Source: Planctomycetota bacterium (GTDB lineage Bacteria; Planctomycetota; UBA8108; SXIK01). From it: a DNA stretch of 64,000 nt. The notes under the pieces are model-generated. The model was not told the origin of the DNA. It searched no databases and was given only the letters and a program-made list of their open reading frames with translations. Location: positions 928,001 through 992,000 of the forward strand of contig CBDCXR010000004.1 in NCBI GenBank assembly GCA_965223845.1, read 5' to 3'. Numbering within the stretch: position 1 is the stretch's first letter; each line of letters starts with the position of its first letter. Shown here one piece after another: positions 50,125 through 60,300 of the stretch. The position numbers were made by a program, and so were the translations under genes.

Positions 50125-51216
50125 ATGAGAGTGTCCATCGGCATTCTCGCTTACAACGAGGAGTTTTCGATCGGAACGACCATCCGATCGCTCTTCGAGC
50201 AGTCGCTTCTCCAGGGAGAAGTCGACGGTGTCGACGCCGTCGAAGTCGTCTGTGTGCCGAACGGCTGCACGGACTCCACCGCTCGCGTTGCGGAGGAGAC
50301 GTTCGAGAGCCTCCGAGACGAGACGCGCTCCTCGGTCACGACTCGAGTCTGCGATCTCGAGCAGGGCGGCAAGATGAACGCGTGGAACGAATTCGTCCAC
50401 CGGTTGAGCGATCCCGCGGCGGACTATCTCCTCCTCCTCGACGGCGACATCCGCCTTCTCGATCGCGCGGGTTGCGGCGCCTTGATCTCCGCCCTTCGCG
50501 ACGATCCTCATCTCTTGATTTCCGGCGGCATCCCGATCAAGCACGTGGCGTTCAAGAAGCGAAAGACGCTGCGCGACCGGATTTCCCTTTCGATGTCGGG
50601 GATGCGCCGCGAGGGAATCCGCGCGAAGATCGCGGGCTGTTACTACTGCGCTCGAAGTAGCGATCTCCGGCGGCTCGTGTTTCCTGCGGGGACCGTCGCG
50701 GAGGACGAGTTCCTGGTCGTTTGTGCCTGCTCGAACTACTTCACGGAGCCGTACGACCCCAAGCGAGTCGTAAATCCACCCGAAGCGACGGCCGTCTTCC
50801 AGGCCTACACGAGCTTCGGCGAGGTTTACCACAACCTAAAGCGCCGTGCGGTCACGCGCTTCGTGAACTACGTTCTCCTCGGTTTCCTCGACGGAGCACG
50901 GCGCGAGGGGACTATGGGCGCCGACGCGGGCGAAATCCTCCACCATATGGAGCGTCAGGATCCCGACTGGTTTCGCAAACGGCTCGACGAGCACGTCGCG
51001 AACTCGGGTTGGTGGGTGATGCCGCCTCGCGTCCTCAGCGGGCGCTACTACGTTTGGAGCCAGCAAAGCTCTTGGAGCAAGGTGAAGCGCTTCCCGATCA
51101 TGGTCGGCTCCTCGCTCCTCGATTTCGTCGTCTACTGGAACGCGAATCGCGCGGTGAAAAGTGGCTCGCTCAATCTCTGGCGGACGACGCGGACGACGGA
51201 ATTGTCGTCGGGTTGA
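50125..51216 (+). CDS. Glycosyltransferase family 2
   Basis: VSIGILAYNEE, NGCTDST, GGKMNAWN, LLLDGD and AEDEF motifs. Confidence 0.85.
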   Translation: MRVSIGILAYNEEFSIGTTIRSLFEQSLLQGEVDGVDAVEVVCVPNGCTDSTARVAEETFESLRDETRSSVTTRVCDLEQGGKMNAWNEFVHRLSDPAADYLLLLDGDIRLLDRAGCGALISALRDDPHLLISGGIPIKHVAFKKRKTLRDRISLSMSGMRREGIRAKIAGCYYCARSSDLRRLVFPAGTVAEDEFLVVCACSNYFTEPYDPKRVVNPPEATAVFQAYTSFGEVYHNLKRRAVTRFVNYVLLGFLDGARREGTMGADAGEILHHMERQDPDWFRKRLDEHVANSGWWVMPPRVLSGRYYVWSQQSSWSKVKRFPIMVGSSLLDFVVYWNANRAVKSGSLNLWRTTRTTELSSG

Positions 51217-51479
51217 GAGACGGTCGCGGGCTCGCCGCCGCGTTTCATGGGAGCGAGCGCCATCCTCGGGATTGTGACGACGAAAAAGTAGTCCGCCGTC
51301 ACCCACAGTGCCCGAGCGATACCGTGCAGCACCTCGGCCCGCGGGTTGCGGTCGAATTCCATCCGCTCGATCTTCGACATCGACGACGGCGTCACGCCGG
51401 CCATCTTCGGGAGCTCTTGCTGTTTGATCCCGAGATCGCGTCGGATGTTCAGAATCTTTCGGCCGGTGGACCAGGTCAT
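51132..51479 (-). pseudogene. XRE-family HTH regulator, probably truncated
   Basis: ATG 51479 overlaps the TIR gene stop. GRKILNIRRDLGIKQQELPKMAGVTPSSMSKIER...IARALWVTADYF is a typical XRE HTH. The frame then runs ~85 nt into the convergent GT2 gene. Confidence 0.55.
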
Positions 51480-52420
51480 GGGGTGGACTGCTCGTTCTTT
51501 TGCAGGTCCCGGAGGAGCTTCTCGCAAGCCGACTCGAAGGCGTCATCATCCTTCCAGTCCACGAAGTCGTCGGGCACGTAGTACTCGCGGATCTCGCGGG
51601 CCATGTCCTTCCCCGTGTCTGCGTCGAATGCCTCCCACTCCTGAACTTTCTTCCATTCGACGAGCCGGATCGGGAAGAGCACCTGACGATCTTCTCTCAC
51701 CTCGCGTTGCCGAGCCTTGTAGATCTCTGTGCCGACCCAGTCGCTCGTCATCGAATGCTGGGAGAGGATCAGGAGCAGCTTGTCGTAATCCCGGATCGCC
51801 TTGTCGATCTGGGGGTCCATCTTCTTTCCACGCTGCAAGTCTTCGCGTGCATACCAAACTTGAAGACCGGTCTCTTGCAATTTCTTGTAGAGACGCTTCG
51901 CGAACTCCTCGTCCTTGTGGCTGTAGCAAATGAAGCAAGAGTAAAACTTGATCGGGGAGCTCGAACCGAGAAGCGCGGGAATCTCTGAGATCCAGGAATC
52001 GGGGACCCCGCAGCCACGCAGAAACGCCTTCGGAAGCGGACCAGAGCGACAGAGGGTGTCGACGCCGATGGAGCTGGGGGACATGTGAACAAGTGAGTCC
52101 AATCCTTTGGTCGACGACAAATCACAATCCGCGAACACTGTGCCCCAGACGTACGCTCCGTCGAGATTCGCATCGACGAGGGTGGCGCGAGTGAAGTTCG
52201 CTGCGCAAAGGTTCGCGCTTCTCAGATCCGCGCCTTTGAGAGTGGCCCCCCAGAAGTCTGCACCGTTAGCGTTCGCCCGTTCGAGGTTCACATGGGGTAG
52301 GAACGCTTCGTTCAAATTCGCGTCGCTGAGATTCGGCACCTGCTCAGGATTCCCATCCCGCCAAGCATTCCAAGCCTCCACCCCCTCCTTCAGCTTCGCG
52401 ACATGCTCAGGATTCGCCAT
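51476..52420 (-). CDS. Pentapeptide-repeat plus TIR domain protein
   Basis: RBS GGAGGAG. Pentapeptide repeats NLSDANLNEA...ADLRSANLCAANF. TIR motifs FYSCFICYSHKDEEFAKRL and LLILSQHSMTSDWVGTEI (conserved Glu). Visibly less GC-rich than the flanks. Confidence 0.88.
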   Translation of the reverse strand: MANPEHVAKLKEGVEAWNAWRDGNPEQVPNLSDANLNEAFLPHVNLERANANGADFWGATLKGADLRSANLCAANFTRATLVDANLDGAYVWGTVFADCDLSSTKGLDSLVHMSPSSIGVDTLCRSGPLPKAFLRGCGVPDSWISEIPALLGSSSPIKFYSCFICYSHKDEEFAKRLYKKLQETGLQVWYAREDLQRGKKMDPQIDKAIRDYDKLLLILSQHSMTSDWVGTEIYKARQREVREDRQVLFPIRLVEWKKVQEWEAFDADTGKDMAREIREYYVPDDFVDWKDDDAFESACEKLLRDLQKNEQSTP

Positions 52421-52723
52421 CTCTCCTCCGAGACAGAACGCCGGCCGAGCGAACCCGACGGGGGGTAGGGGAGTTGTGGGCGTGGGGGTTGCTATTCGCC
52501 CTCAGGTTCGCGCTCTTCGTCGCCACCGTCCTGGTCCGGCGTCTCGAACTCGACCTGTCCGCCGTCGTTCTTGATTCTACGAACGGCATCTTCGACAGCG
52601 CGAAGCGCTTCGTCGGCATCGTTAGGTGACTCATGCTGCGACCGCAACTGTTCGCGCCGATCGCGGGCATGATCTCGCCCGTCGAGAATTTGGCCCGCGT
52701 GCAAGAGCACACGCGGGCCTTTG

Positions 52724-52798
52724 TGGAGCGGGTGAAGGGGGTCGAACCCTCGACATTCAGCTTGGGAAGCTGACGCTCTGCCACTGAGCTACACCCGC
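52724..52798 (-). tRNA. tRNA-Gly (anticodon CCC)
   Basis: GCGGGTG-TA-GCTCAGTGGCAGAGC-G-TCAGC TTCCCAA GCTGA-ATGTC-GAGGG TTCGACC CCCTT-CACCCGC-T-CCA forms a full cloverleaf with encoded CCA. Confidence 0.97.
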
Positions 52799-52815
52799 AG
52801 AGTCCAGGGGAGAGG

Positions 52816-52845
52816 AGTGTACTACTCACGGCACGCGGGCGGCAA
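52816..52845 (-). promoter_or_regulatory. Putative sigma70 promoter of tRNA-Gly
   Basis: TTGCCG-N18-TACACT, ending 17 nt upstream of the mature tRNA. Confidence 0.5.
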
Positions 52846-52866
52846 GCGGCTGTCCGTCGATACTCC

Positions 52867-53970
52867 TCACCCCGTAGACTGCGTCACTCCACTCGCGACG
52901 GCCTCCGCGACCGCTGTGGTCGTCGAGCTTCCACCGAGATCGGGAGTTCGTACTTTTCCTTCGGCGAGGACCGCTCCGACCGCACTCTCGATGCGGTTCG
53001 CAGCGCGGGTGCACGCGGGGTCGCCGCTTCGATCGGCGAGCCAATCGAGCATCATCGCGGCCGAGAGAATCGTCGCGAGTGGATTGGCGATGTTCCTTCC
53101 GGCGATGTCCGGCGCGGTGCCGTGGGACGGCTGAAAGAGTGCGTGCTCGTCCCCGATCTCTCCCGATGGACCGAGCCCGAGCCCGCCGACGATCCCCGCG
53201 CCGAGATCGGAGAGAATGTCGCCGAACTGGTTCTCCATGACGAGGACGTCGAAGTCCTGGGGATTCGCGACCATGTAGAGACTCATCGCGTCGACGTAGA
53301 CCGCGTCAGTCTCGATCTCCGGGTACGACGCGGCGACGTCGAAGAAGATCTTGCGGAAGAACGCCATGCTGCGAAAGACGTTCGCCTTGTCGACGCAAGT
53401 GACTTTTCTCCGGCCGTCCGATGGTCGACCGGAGCGCTTTCGAGCGAGACGGAACGCGTAGTCGACGACGCTCGTCGTGCCTTTTCGGGTCACGACGAGA
53501 GTGTCCGTCGCGACCTCGTCGCCGACGACGCTTCCGCCCCCGAACGAAGCGAAGAGCCCTTCGAGGTTCTCGCGCACGACGACGAAGTCGATTCCCGGTC
53601 CGGTGTCCTTGAGCGGGCAGGGGACGCCCGGGTAAAGCTTCACCGGCCGGACCGCCGAGTGCAGCTCGAGCGCACGCCGCAGCCCGACCATCATGTCGGG
53701 TTGCACCTCCGTTCCGTCCGCTTTCCGTACGTCCGGGAGGCCGATCGCCGCGAGGAGCACGGCGTCCGCGGCGAGGCACCGCGCGAGCAGCTCGTCGGGG
53801 AATGCAACGCCGGTCTCCCGGTAGCGAGAGGCTCCCGCCTCGTGAGACTCGAGCGAGAGCTCGAGATCGGAATCCGCCGCTGCGGCCGCCGCGAGAACGG
53901 TCTCCGTCGCAGCCATGCACTCGGGGCCGATCCCGTCGCCGGGAAGAAGAACGATGCGGTGGGCGCTCAT
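52867..53970 (-). CDS. Beta-decarboxylating dehydrogenase (isopropylmalate/tartrate dehydrogenase family), variant active site
   Basis: LLPGDGIGPE, RENLEGLF, VDKANV, NQFGDILSD and FQPSHGTAPDIAG. ATG 53970 overlaps the cyclase stop. Confidence 0.85.
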   Translation of the reverse strand: MSAHRIVLLPGDGIGPECMAATETVLAAAAAADSDLELSLESHEAGASRYRETGVAFPDELLARCLAADAVLLAAIGLPDVRKADGTEVQPDMMVGLRRALELHSAVRPVKLYPGVPCPLKDTGPGIDFVVVRENLEGLFASFGGGSVVGDEVATDTLVVTRKGTTSVVDYAFRLARKRSGRPSDGRRKVTCVDKANVFRSMAFFRKIFFDVAASYPEIETDAVYVDAMSLYMVANPQDFDVLVMENQFGDILSDLGAGIVGGLGLGPSGEIGDEHALFQPSHGTAPDIAGRNIANPLATILSAAMMLDWLADRSGDPACTRAANRIESAVGAVLAEGKVRTPDLGGSSTTTAVAEAVASGVTQSTG

Positions 53971-54605
53971 GAGTTTCTCTCCTCTTCGATTGCTATGGCT
54001 CGCACCGGTGATCCATCGCCGCCCACGATCTTGAGCGGAAGGGCGACGAACGTGACGATGGGCGTCCGAATCTGATCGAGGTGAGCGAGCCCCTCGACGA
54101 CGACGACCCCTCCTCGAAAGAGAACTCGATGCACGGTCGTGAGCTCCTCTAAGTTGTTGACGTCGGCGACGGACGGTGGCTCGACTCCGATGAGCGCGAC
54201 GCCTCGCTCGACGAGCCACTCCGCGAGCTCGACGGATATGCGGGGAAGCTCGCTGCGGTACTCGTTCGTCCCGTGTCGGCGGTACCAGTCCGTGCGGAAG
54301 AGGAGTCGATCGCCCGGCCCGATGTCGTCCGCCGCCGCCAGCTCGTCCACCGTGATGAGCTGTCTCGGCGCGGCCGGCGCGAGATCGATGATCTTCGCGG
54401 TGCCCACCACCGCGTCGAGCGACTGCTTGTCGAGAGTTTCTCCGTCGGGGAGGAAATGACGCGGCGCGTCCATGTGCGTCCCCGCGTGCGAATAGAGGGC
54501 GAGAGTCGTCGCGTTCCAGCCGTCGACGTCGAGTCGTCGAGCGGGGGAAATGTCGACGCCCCGCATGTCGTTGTCCAGCGCAAGACTGAGATCGATGATG
54601 CGCAT
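53967..54605 (-). CDS. Cyclase-family (KynB-like) metal-dependent hydrolase
   Basis: IIDLS, HAGTHMDAPRHF, LLFRT and ALPLKIVGGDGSPVRAIA motifs. Confidence 0.88.
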   Translation of the reverse strand: MRIIDLSLALDNDMRGVDISPARRLDVDGWNATTLALYSHAGTHMDAPRHFLPDGETLDKQSLDAVVGTAKIIDLAPAAPRQLITVDELAAADDIGPGDRLLFRTDWYRRHGTNEYRSELPRISVELAEWLVERGVALIGVEPPSVADVNNLEELTTVHRVLFRGGVVVVEGLAHLDQIRTPIVTFVALPLKIVGGDGSPVRAIAIEEERNS

Positions 54606-54608
54606 CGG

Positions 54609-55649
54609 CTAGGGGTTCCTCGCAAGTCCTCGCACTGGTTGACGCGACTTCGCCGATTCGTAGACCGCTTCCTCGACGCGAAGCGTGCGGAGGTAATCGA
54701 GCCCGTTCGTTTCGAAGCGTTCGCCCTTGCGCAGGCACTCGATGAAGTGGCGCTGCGTCGCGAACACGCAGTCGCCGGCGAAGTTTCGTTTCGTGTGCGT
54801 GTACGCGTGATCGCGCTCGGACTCTCCGAGGCGCTGGACGGTCAATCGCCCGTCCGCGTAGAGGCGGATCGAGCCTCCACTCCCTTCGACGAGAGCCTCT
54901 CCGAAGGTGTACCGCGGGTTGTCGAAGTTCGGCTCGTTGAACCGATTCGCGTCCCACATCCCTTCCGCGCCGCAGGCGAACTCGAAGAGGATCGTTCCCG
55001 CATCTTCGCCGGCGATCTCGGAGTTGAGCCGGCGAAGCGACGCGTAGACCCCGTCGATCTCGCCGGCGAGGAAGCGAAACGTATCGATGAAGTGGACTCC
55101 GGTTTCGAAGACGAGAAATCGCGGCATGGTGCGGAAGTACGGTTGTCGCGCGAGATATGCATCCCGCTGCCAGCCGTCACCCATGCGCGAGCGGACGGAC
55201 AGTGTATGGAGTCGTTCGCCGATCGCGCCATCCGTGATGAGACGCCGAATCTCGCGAAACCAGGGCTGAAAGCGAAAGTTCTCGTGGACCATCAGACGCA
55301 CGCCCGCCGATTCGGCCGCGTCGACGAGCTCGGTCGCCGCGGCGAAATCGGGCGCGAGCGGCTTCTGGCAGATCACCGCGATGCCCCGGTCGACAGCGAG
55401 CCGCGTCAGCTCCAAGTGGGAGTCGGGACGCGTGACGATGTCGACGAAATCCGGGCGCTCGCGCTCGAGCATCTCAACGACATCGGTGTAGACCGCGGGC
55501 ACTTCGTAGCGCTCGGCGGCGGCCGCGCCCGCTGCCTCATCCAGATCACAGATCGCCGCGAGATCGACGCCGTCGAGTCGCGACCACGCGTCGAAGTGAA
55601 ACTGGCTGAAGTACCCGGCCCCGACGGCGACGCCCTTCAAAGTCTTCAT
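54609..55649 (-). CDS. Gfo/Idh/MocA family oxidoreductase
   Basis: VGAGYFS, DFVDIVT, CQKPLA, VHENFRFQP and ETGVHFID. ATG 55649 overlaps the MFS stop. Confidence 0.88.
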   Translation of the reverse strand: MKTLKGVAVGAGYFSQFHFDAWSRLDGVDLAAICDLDEAAGAAAAERYEVPAVYTDVVEMLERERPDFVDIVTRPDSHLELTRLAVDRGIAVICQKPLAPDFAAATELVDAAESAGVRLMVHENFRFQPWFREIRRLITDGAIGERLHTLSVRSRMGDGWQRDAYLARQPYFRTMPRFLVFETGVHFIDTFRFLAGEIDGVYASLRRLNSEIAGEDAGTILFEFACGAEGMWDANRFNEPNFDNPRYTFGEALVEGSGGSIRLYADGRLTVQRLGESERDHAYTHTKRNFAGDCVFATQRHFIECLRKGERFETNGLDYLRTLRVEEAVYESAKSRQPVRGLARNP

Positions 55650-57088
55650 TCTGAGGATTCCACACTCGTCCCCGGCGGAGGAGACTCGGGATTCGGTTCG
55701 CCCGACGACAGGAACTTCGTGTAGACGAGTGCGGCGACCACGAGGGCGATGATCGCGAGAAAGAGCGCGAGCCTCGCCTTGAGCGCTCTCGACGAAATCA
55801 CCCGGAGCTCGCGTCGCGGGTTCATGAAGAGCCAAGCGACGACCGCGAGCACGTTCATCGCCGCGGCGAACACGAAAAACGAGTTCGCGGTCCCGAGCGA
55901 CGGCGCGAGCACGGGAACCGTCACGTTCGCGACGAAGAAGGGAAATGCGATCGCGCTCAGCGCTGCTCCCAGATTCCCGACCATATTCATCGCTCCCGAG
56001 ACCGCACCCGAGCGACTGCCTCCGATATCCATACAGAACGCCCAGCTCGAGCTGAGGGTCATCTCGACACCGAAGATCGCGAGCGAGAAACATGCGATGA
56101 ACGGCCAGACCGTCTCTGCTTCGACCGTCTGCGTCGAGAGGATGAGCCCTACCGCGCCGAGCGAGTATCCGGCGATCGCCGGCAGACGCCGCGAGAAGAC
56201 CGGCATCCCACGGCGGTGGAGCCCGGTGACGAGGTATCCCGACACCCAGAGTGCGACCGCTCCGCCGAGAAGCGGAATCGACGCGGCGTATGCGTACTCC
56301 GCTCCCCACGTGTCTTTGATGTACGGCTGCAGCCACGTGATGCTGATGAAGAACGTGATGTTGCTCGCAGCGTACTGGAACATTGCGAGGAGGACGTTCG
56401 CCGACGTGACCACCTGGACGTAGGGGATCTCCTGCGTCGTCGTGACCTCTCCTTCGGCGATGCCTTTCTCGATGAGAGTACGTTCGCGGGCATTCACGGC
56501 CGCGTGATCGGCCGGATCGTTTCGGTACCAGATCCACCAGACGACGCCCCAGACGATGCCGAGGGCCGCGTTGGCGACGAACGTGAGTCGCCAGCCGATG
56601 ACGCTGATCACCGCGGGCATGAGGACGAGCGAGATCGCCGCTCCGACGCGCGCTCCCGAGTGAAAGATTCCCTGCCCGACGCCGCGCTCCTTCGCGGGAA
56701 GCCAACTGTAGAGCGCGCGCGTGGCTCCGGGGTAGGCCCCGGCTTCCCCGACGCCGAAGAGAAAGCGAACGATGAGGAGACTGATCGCCGTGTACACGAG
56801 TCCCGTGAGCGCGGTGAACACACTCCAAACGACGACGACGATCGTGAGCGCGAGGCGCGGCCCGGCGCGGTCGCTGAACCAGCCCGCCGGAATCTGAAAC
56901 AGGGCGTAGCCGACGGCGAAAATGCCGAAGGCGTAGCCCATCATCTGGTCATCGAGTCCCGCGATGTCCCCCTGCATCGAGTCCTTCGCCGTCGAGATGC
57001 ACACCCGGTCCATGTAGGTGTTGACGGTGTGGAGGAAGAGGAGGAGAACGAGCCAGTAGCGCTGGCGCGTGGCGATCGGTTCGATCAT
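55646..57088 (-). CDS. MFS transporter, ACS (sugar-acid) family-like
   Basis: TYMDRVCIS, FQIPAGWFSDRAGPR, RFLFGVGEAGAYP, WLPAKERG and SGAMNMVGNLG. Confidence 0.88.
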   Translation of the reverse strand: MIEPIATRQRYWLVLLLFLHTVNTYMDRVCISTAKDSMQGDIAGLDDQMMGYAFGIFAVGYALFQIPAGWFSDRAGPRLALTIVVVVWSVFTALTGLVYTAISLLIVRFLFGVGEAGAYPGATRALYSWLPAKERGVGQGIFHSGARVGAAISLVLMPAVISVIGWRLTFVANAALGIVWGVVWWIWYRNDPADHAAVNARERTLIEKGIAEGEVTTTQEIPYVQVVTSANVLLAMFQYAASNITFFISITWLQPYIKDTWGAEYAYAASIPLLGGAVALWVSGYLVTGLHRRGMPVFSRRLPAIAGYSLGAVGLILSTQTVEAETVWPFIACFSLAIFGVEMTLSSSWAFCMDIGGSRSGAVSGAMNMVGNLGAALSAIAFPFFVANVTVPVLAPSLGTANSFFVFAAAMNVLAVVAWLFMNPRRELRVISSRALKARLALFLAIIALVVAALVYTKFLSSGEPNPESPPPGTSVESSE

Positions 57089-57342
57089 GCTGGCACCCGG
57101 AAGACGGCCGCGAGGTGGCAGATCGTACCGAGGGCGGACGCGCGGGGGAACCGTTCACCGGGCGGCGAGGCGACTGCTGCGGCTCCGGGCGGCACCGATT
57201 GCGCACGAAGATTGCAGGAAACGGGCGCGAGGTCCCGTCGATGCGGGCGCCCGTCTCCGCCGCGGCGGCACTTTCCTTTGGCGATCCTCGGGTCCGTGCC
57301 GTCATCGGAGTAGATCTTTGCGAACGTTCTCGATCTCACGTC

Positions 57343-60300
57343 ATGCCTTCCCACGATCACAGTTTACTCGAGCGTTGGCTCGACCGACGCGACGCCGAAG
57401 CCTTCGACGAGCTCGTCTCGCGTTACGCGGGCCTCGTGTTCGCGACGTCGCAGCGAGTCGTGCGCAACGAGGCGGACGCCGAGGACGTCGCTCAAAACTG
57501 CTTTCTCAAGCTCGCGCGGGTGAAGGTGCTTCCGCGGAGTTCACTCGGCGCCTGGCTCCACCGAGTGGCGACGCGAGACGCGATCGATGTCGTTCGCGCG
57601 CGCGAGCGGCGACGCCGCCGTGAGAGAAGCTTCGCATGTAAGCGCGGAGAATCTGGCTCGGAGCCGACGTGGAGCGAGATCGAGGAGCACGTCGACGAGT
57701 GCATCGCCGAGCTTCCCGATCCCCTGCGGGCGACGATCGTCGCCCACTTCCTCGATCGGAAGACGCAGGAAGAGATCGCGTCGGACCTCGGAGTCTCGCG
57801 CCAGGCCGTCAGTTACCGCGTTCGCAAGGGGGTGGAGCGCCTTCGCGCGCTCCTCGCACGCCGCGGTGTCTCCGCGTCGGTCGGTGCTCTCGGTGCGCTG
57901 CTCGGCGCAGCGCCCGTGGAAGCCGCCGCGCCGTCGACTCTCCTCGCTTCGCTCGGGCGGGTCGCGCTTTCGGGAATTGCGGCTCCGCCGGTGACGCCCG
58001 CGGCGGCCGCCGGTGCAGCGTCCGGTTCCGTCGTTCCACTTGGAGGTGTTCTCATGGGGAAGAAGCTCGCGATCAGCGCCGGGCTCGCCCTCGCTCTCGT
58101 TCTCACGATCACCGGGATCGCGTACTTCAGTGGGGGGGCTGATCACCACGACGATCGGGCGGATCGCTCGCCGGTCGAGGATCCAGCGCGAATCGACCAG
58201 CCGCGACCGGAACGACCCGCCGAAGAGGTCGCGCGTGTGGTTCAACCGCGCTCGTCATCGCCGTCGGACGTTCAGGTCGCGGCGAGCGACATCGAGATCA
58301 CCGGCGTCGTCTTGAGTGGCGATGGGGAGGCGGTCGGAGGAGCGTCCGTCGCCGTCGGGATCGACTCCGGCGAAGCGCTTCGCGCCGCCTTCCGCGCCGA
58401 GACCGACCGCGACGGCCGCTTTCGCTTGCCGATTCCTGAGGGCGTGAGCGCGGTCCATATCGGCGCATTTTCCGGCGAGTTCGGTCTCGGCGGCGCGAGG
58501 GTCGACGAACCGAACGCCGACGCCGAGCTCGAGATCACCCTCGTACCTCTCTGCGCGATCGGCGGCCGTGTTTTCGAGCGCGAGAGCGAAGCCGGACTCG
58601 CCGGATTGCGTCTCCGTCTCGCGGTCGGGCCGACGGCCGATGACTCCGCCGCGGCACGGTCTTCCGATGCAGACGCGGGGCGCGCGTCGGTTCTCTTCCC
58701 GGAGGTAGCCGACGTCGCGACGGGGGCAGCGGCGACGACGGTGACCAACGACGAAGGACTCTATCGATTCTTCGCGATCGGACCGCTCCGCGCGGACGTG
58801 CGTTTCGACGCTGTCGAGTCGGACTACGTCGTCCCCGGCCTCGATCGCACCGGGCGGAAGCCGCCGATCGAGCTCGCAGCGGGCGAGCGGCGACTCGATG
58901 TCGACTTCGCGCTCACGCTCGGTGGCGCGCTCCGCGGCGTTGTCCTCGAGCCCGACGGGACGCCGTCCGCCGGTTCGAAAGTGGAGCTCGTCGCGTCGTT
59001 CCCGACCCGGGCTCGGCGGCTCACGTGTGACGATGAGGGGCGTTTCTCCTTTCGGGGACTGGCCACCGGCGCCAACTATGTGGTCCAAGCCACGCAAGAG
59101 GGGTACGCACCGACGGCGAGCGAGTCGATCGCTCTCTCCGCGGTCGAGGAGCTGAGCGGAATCGAGATCGTCCTCCGCGTCGGCGCGTTCGCGTCTGGGC
59201 GATTCATCGAGGAGGGTGGAACTCCCGTCTCAGGACTCCGCGTGTCGGTCGAGCGTCCGTTCGAAGCGAGTTTCATCCGTTCCGGTTTCGACTCGATCGT
59301 CACATCGGATCTCGGCGAATTCTCGATCGGGCCACTCGCTCCCGGAACGTATCGACTGCGTCCGTCGACGGAAGCGCACAACCGGCGCAACTTCAGCCTC
59401 GTCATGCCGGATCCGACGCCGCCGGACTCGGGCGATGTCGAAGGGCTCGAGTTCGAGCTGGCGCGTCGAGCGGAGGGATACATCGCAGGCCGCGTCATCG
59501 ACGACGAGGGGCGCGGCGTCCGCGCCGTGGTCGCCGTCCGACGCCGCGGGCGACTCGTCGAGCGATCAGTCTCCGGTGACGACGGCGCGTTCCGAGTCGA
59601 TGGGCTCGAGGAAGCGGACGATTACCTCTGTCTCGCTCAATCGAGCGTTCACCTGGGAGAGCGAGTGAAGAACATTTCTACGTACACCGACGATCTTGTC
59701 CTGCTCGTCCGCCGGCGAGGTCGCATCTCAGCACGCATTCTCGACGCCGTCTCCGGCGAGCCGGTCGCACACTGCGAGGTTCGAGTCGCGTTTCGGCGCC
59801 CCGACGGAAACACGTTTCATACGAAGTGGACGCCGTACGACGATCCGGACGGAAGAATCGCTATCGACGGTGCGGAGTCCGCGCCCGTTCAGTGTCAGCT
59901 CCACGTTCGGTCGCCGGAGCATGTCTCGGCGAAGTCCTCCCGGTTCGAAGTTCCTCCCGGAGGAACCTCGGACGAGATCGAAGTGCGTCTCGAACGCGGC
60001 CCGGCCATTCGCGGGCGGATCGTCGACGCCGAGTCGGGCGAGGCCCTCGAGGGGGTGCGAGTTCGTTCGTTCACGCTGGACGCGTACCGTCCGAGTCTTC
60101 TCAACGCATCTCAGGACGCTTGGGGCGGAGACGATTTGTGGAAGCTCGGAATGTCGGACGTCGACGGCCGTTTCGAGCTGCGCGGCTACGAAGCGGGGAG
60201 CACCATCCATATCGTCGCGTGGAAGAGCGGGTACGGCACGGTGATTCGCCGCGGTGTGCGAGTCGTCGCCGGGGGCGTCGACACCGAGCTCGCGCTCGGC

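Noticed and set aside
51217-51270. Search for a duplicated tRNA 3' end (att site) bounding the TIR islet
   Set aside because: No convincing copy of TGGAGCGGGTG was found, so no mobile element was annotated.
52492-52710. 72-aa acidic ORF just downstream of tRNA-Gly
   Set aside because: Weak start, no RBS or recognisable domain. It may be a gene remnant, so it was not called as a CDS.
52867-54957. Extended N-termini given in the ORF track (also 54609..56828, 26360, 57115, 22546, 17434, 39626)
   Set aside because: The extensions overlap neighbouring genes or are Arg-rich noise. Starts were reassigned using RBS, stop-start overlaps and signal peptides.
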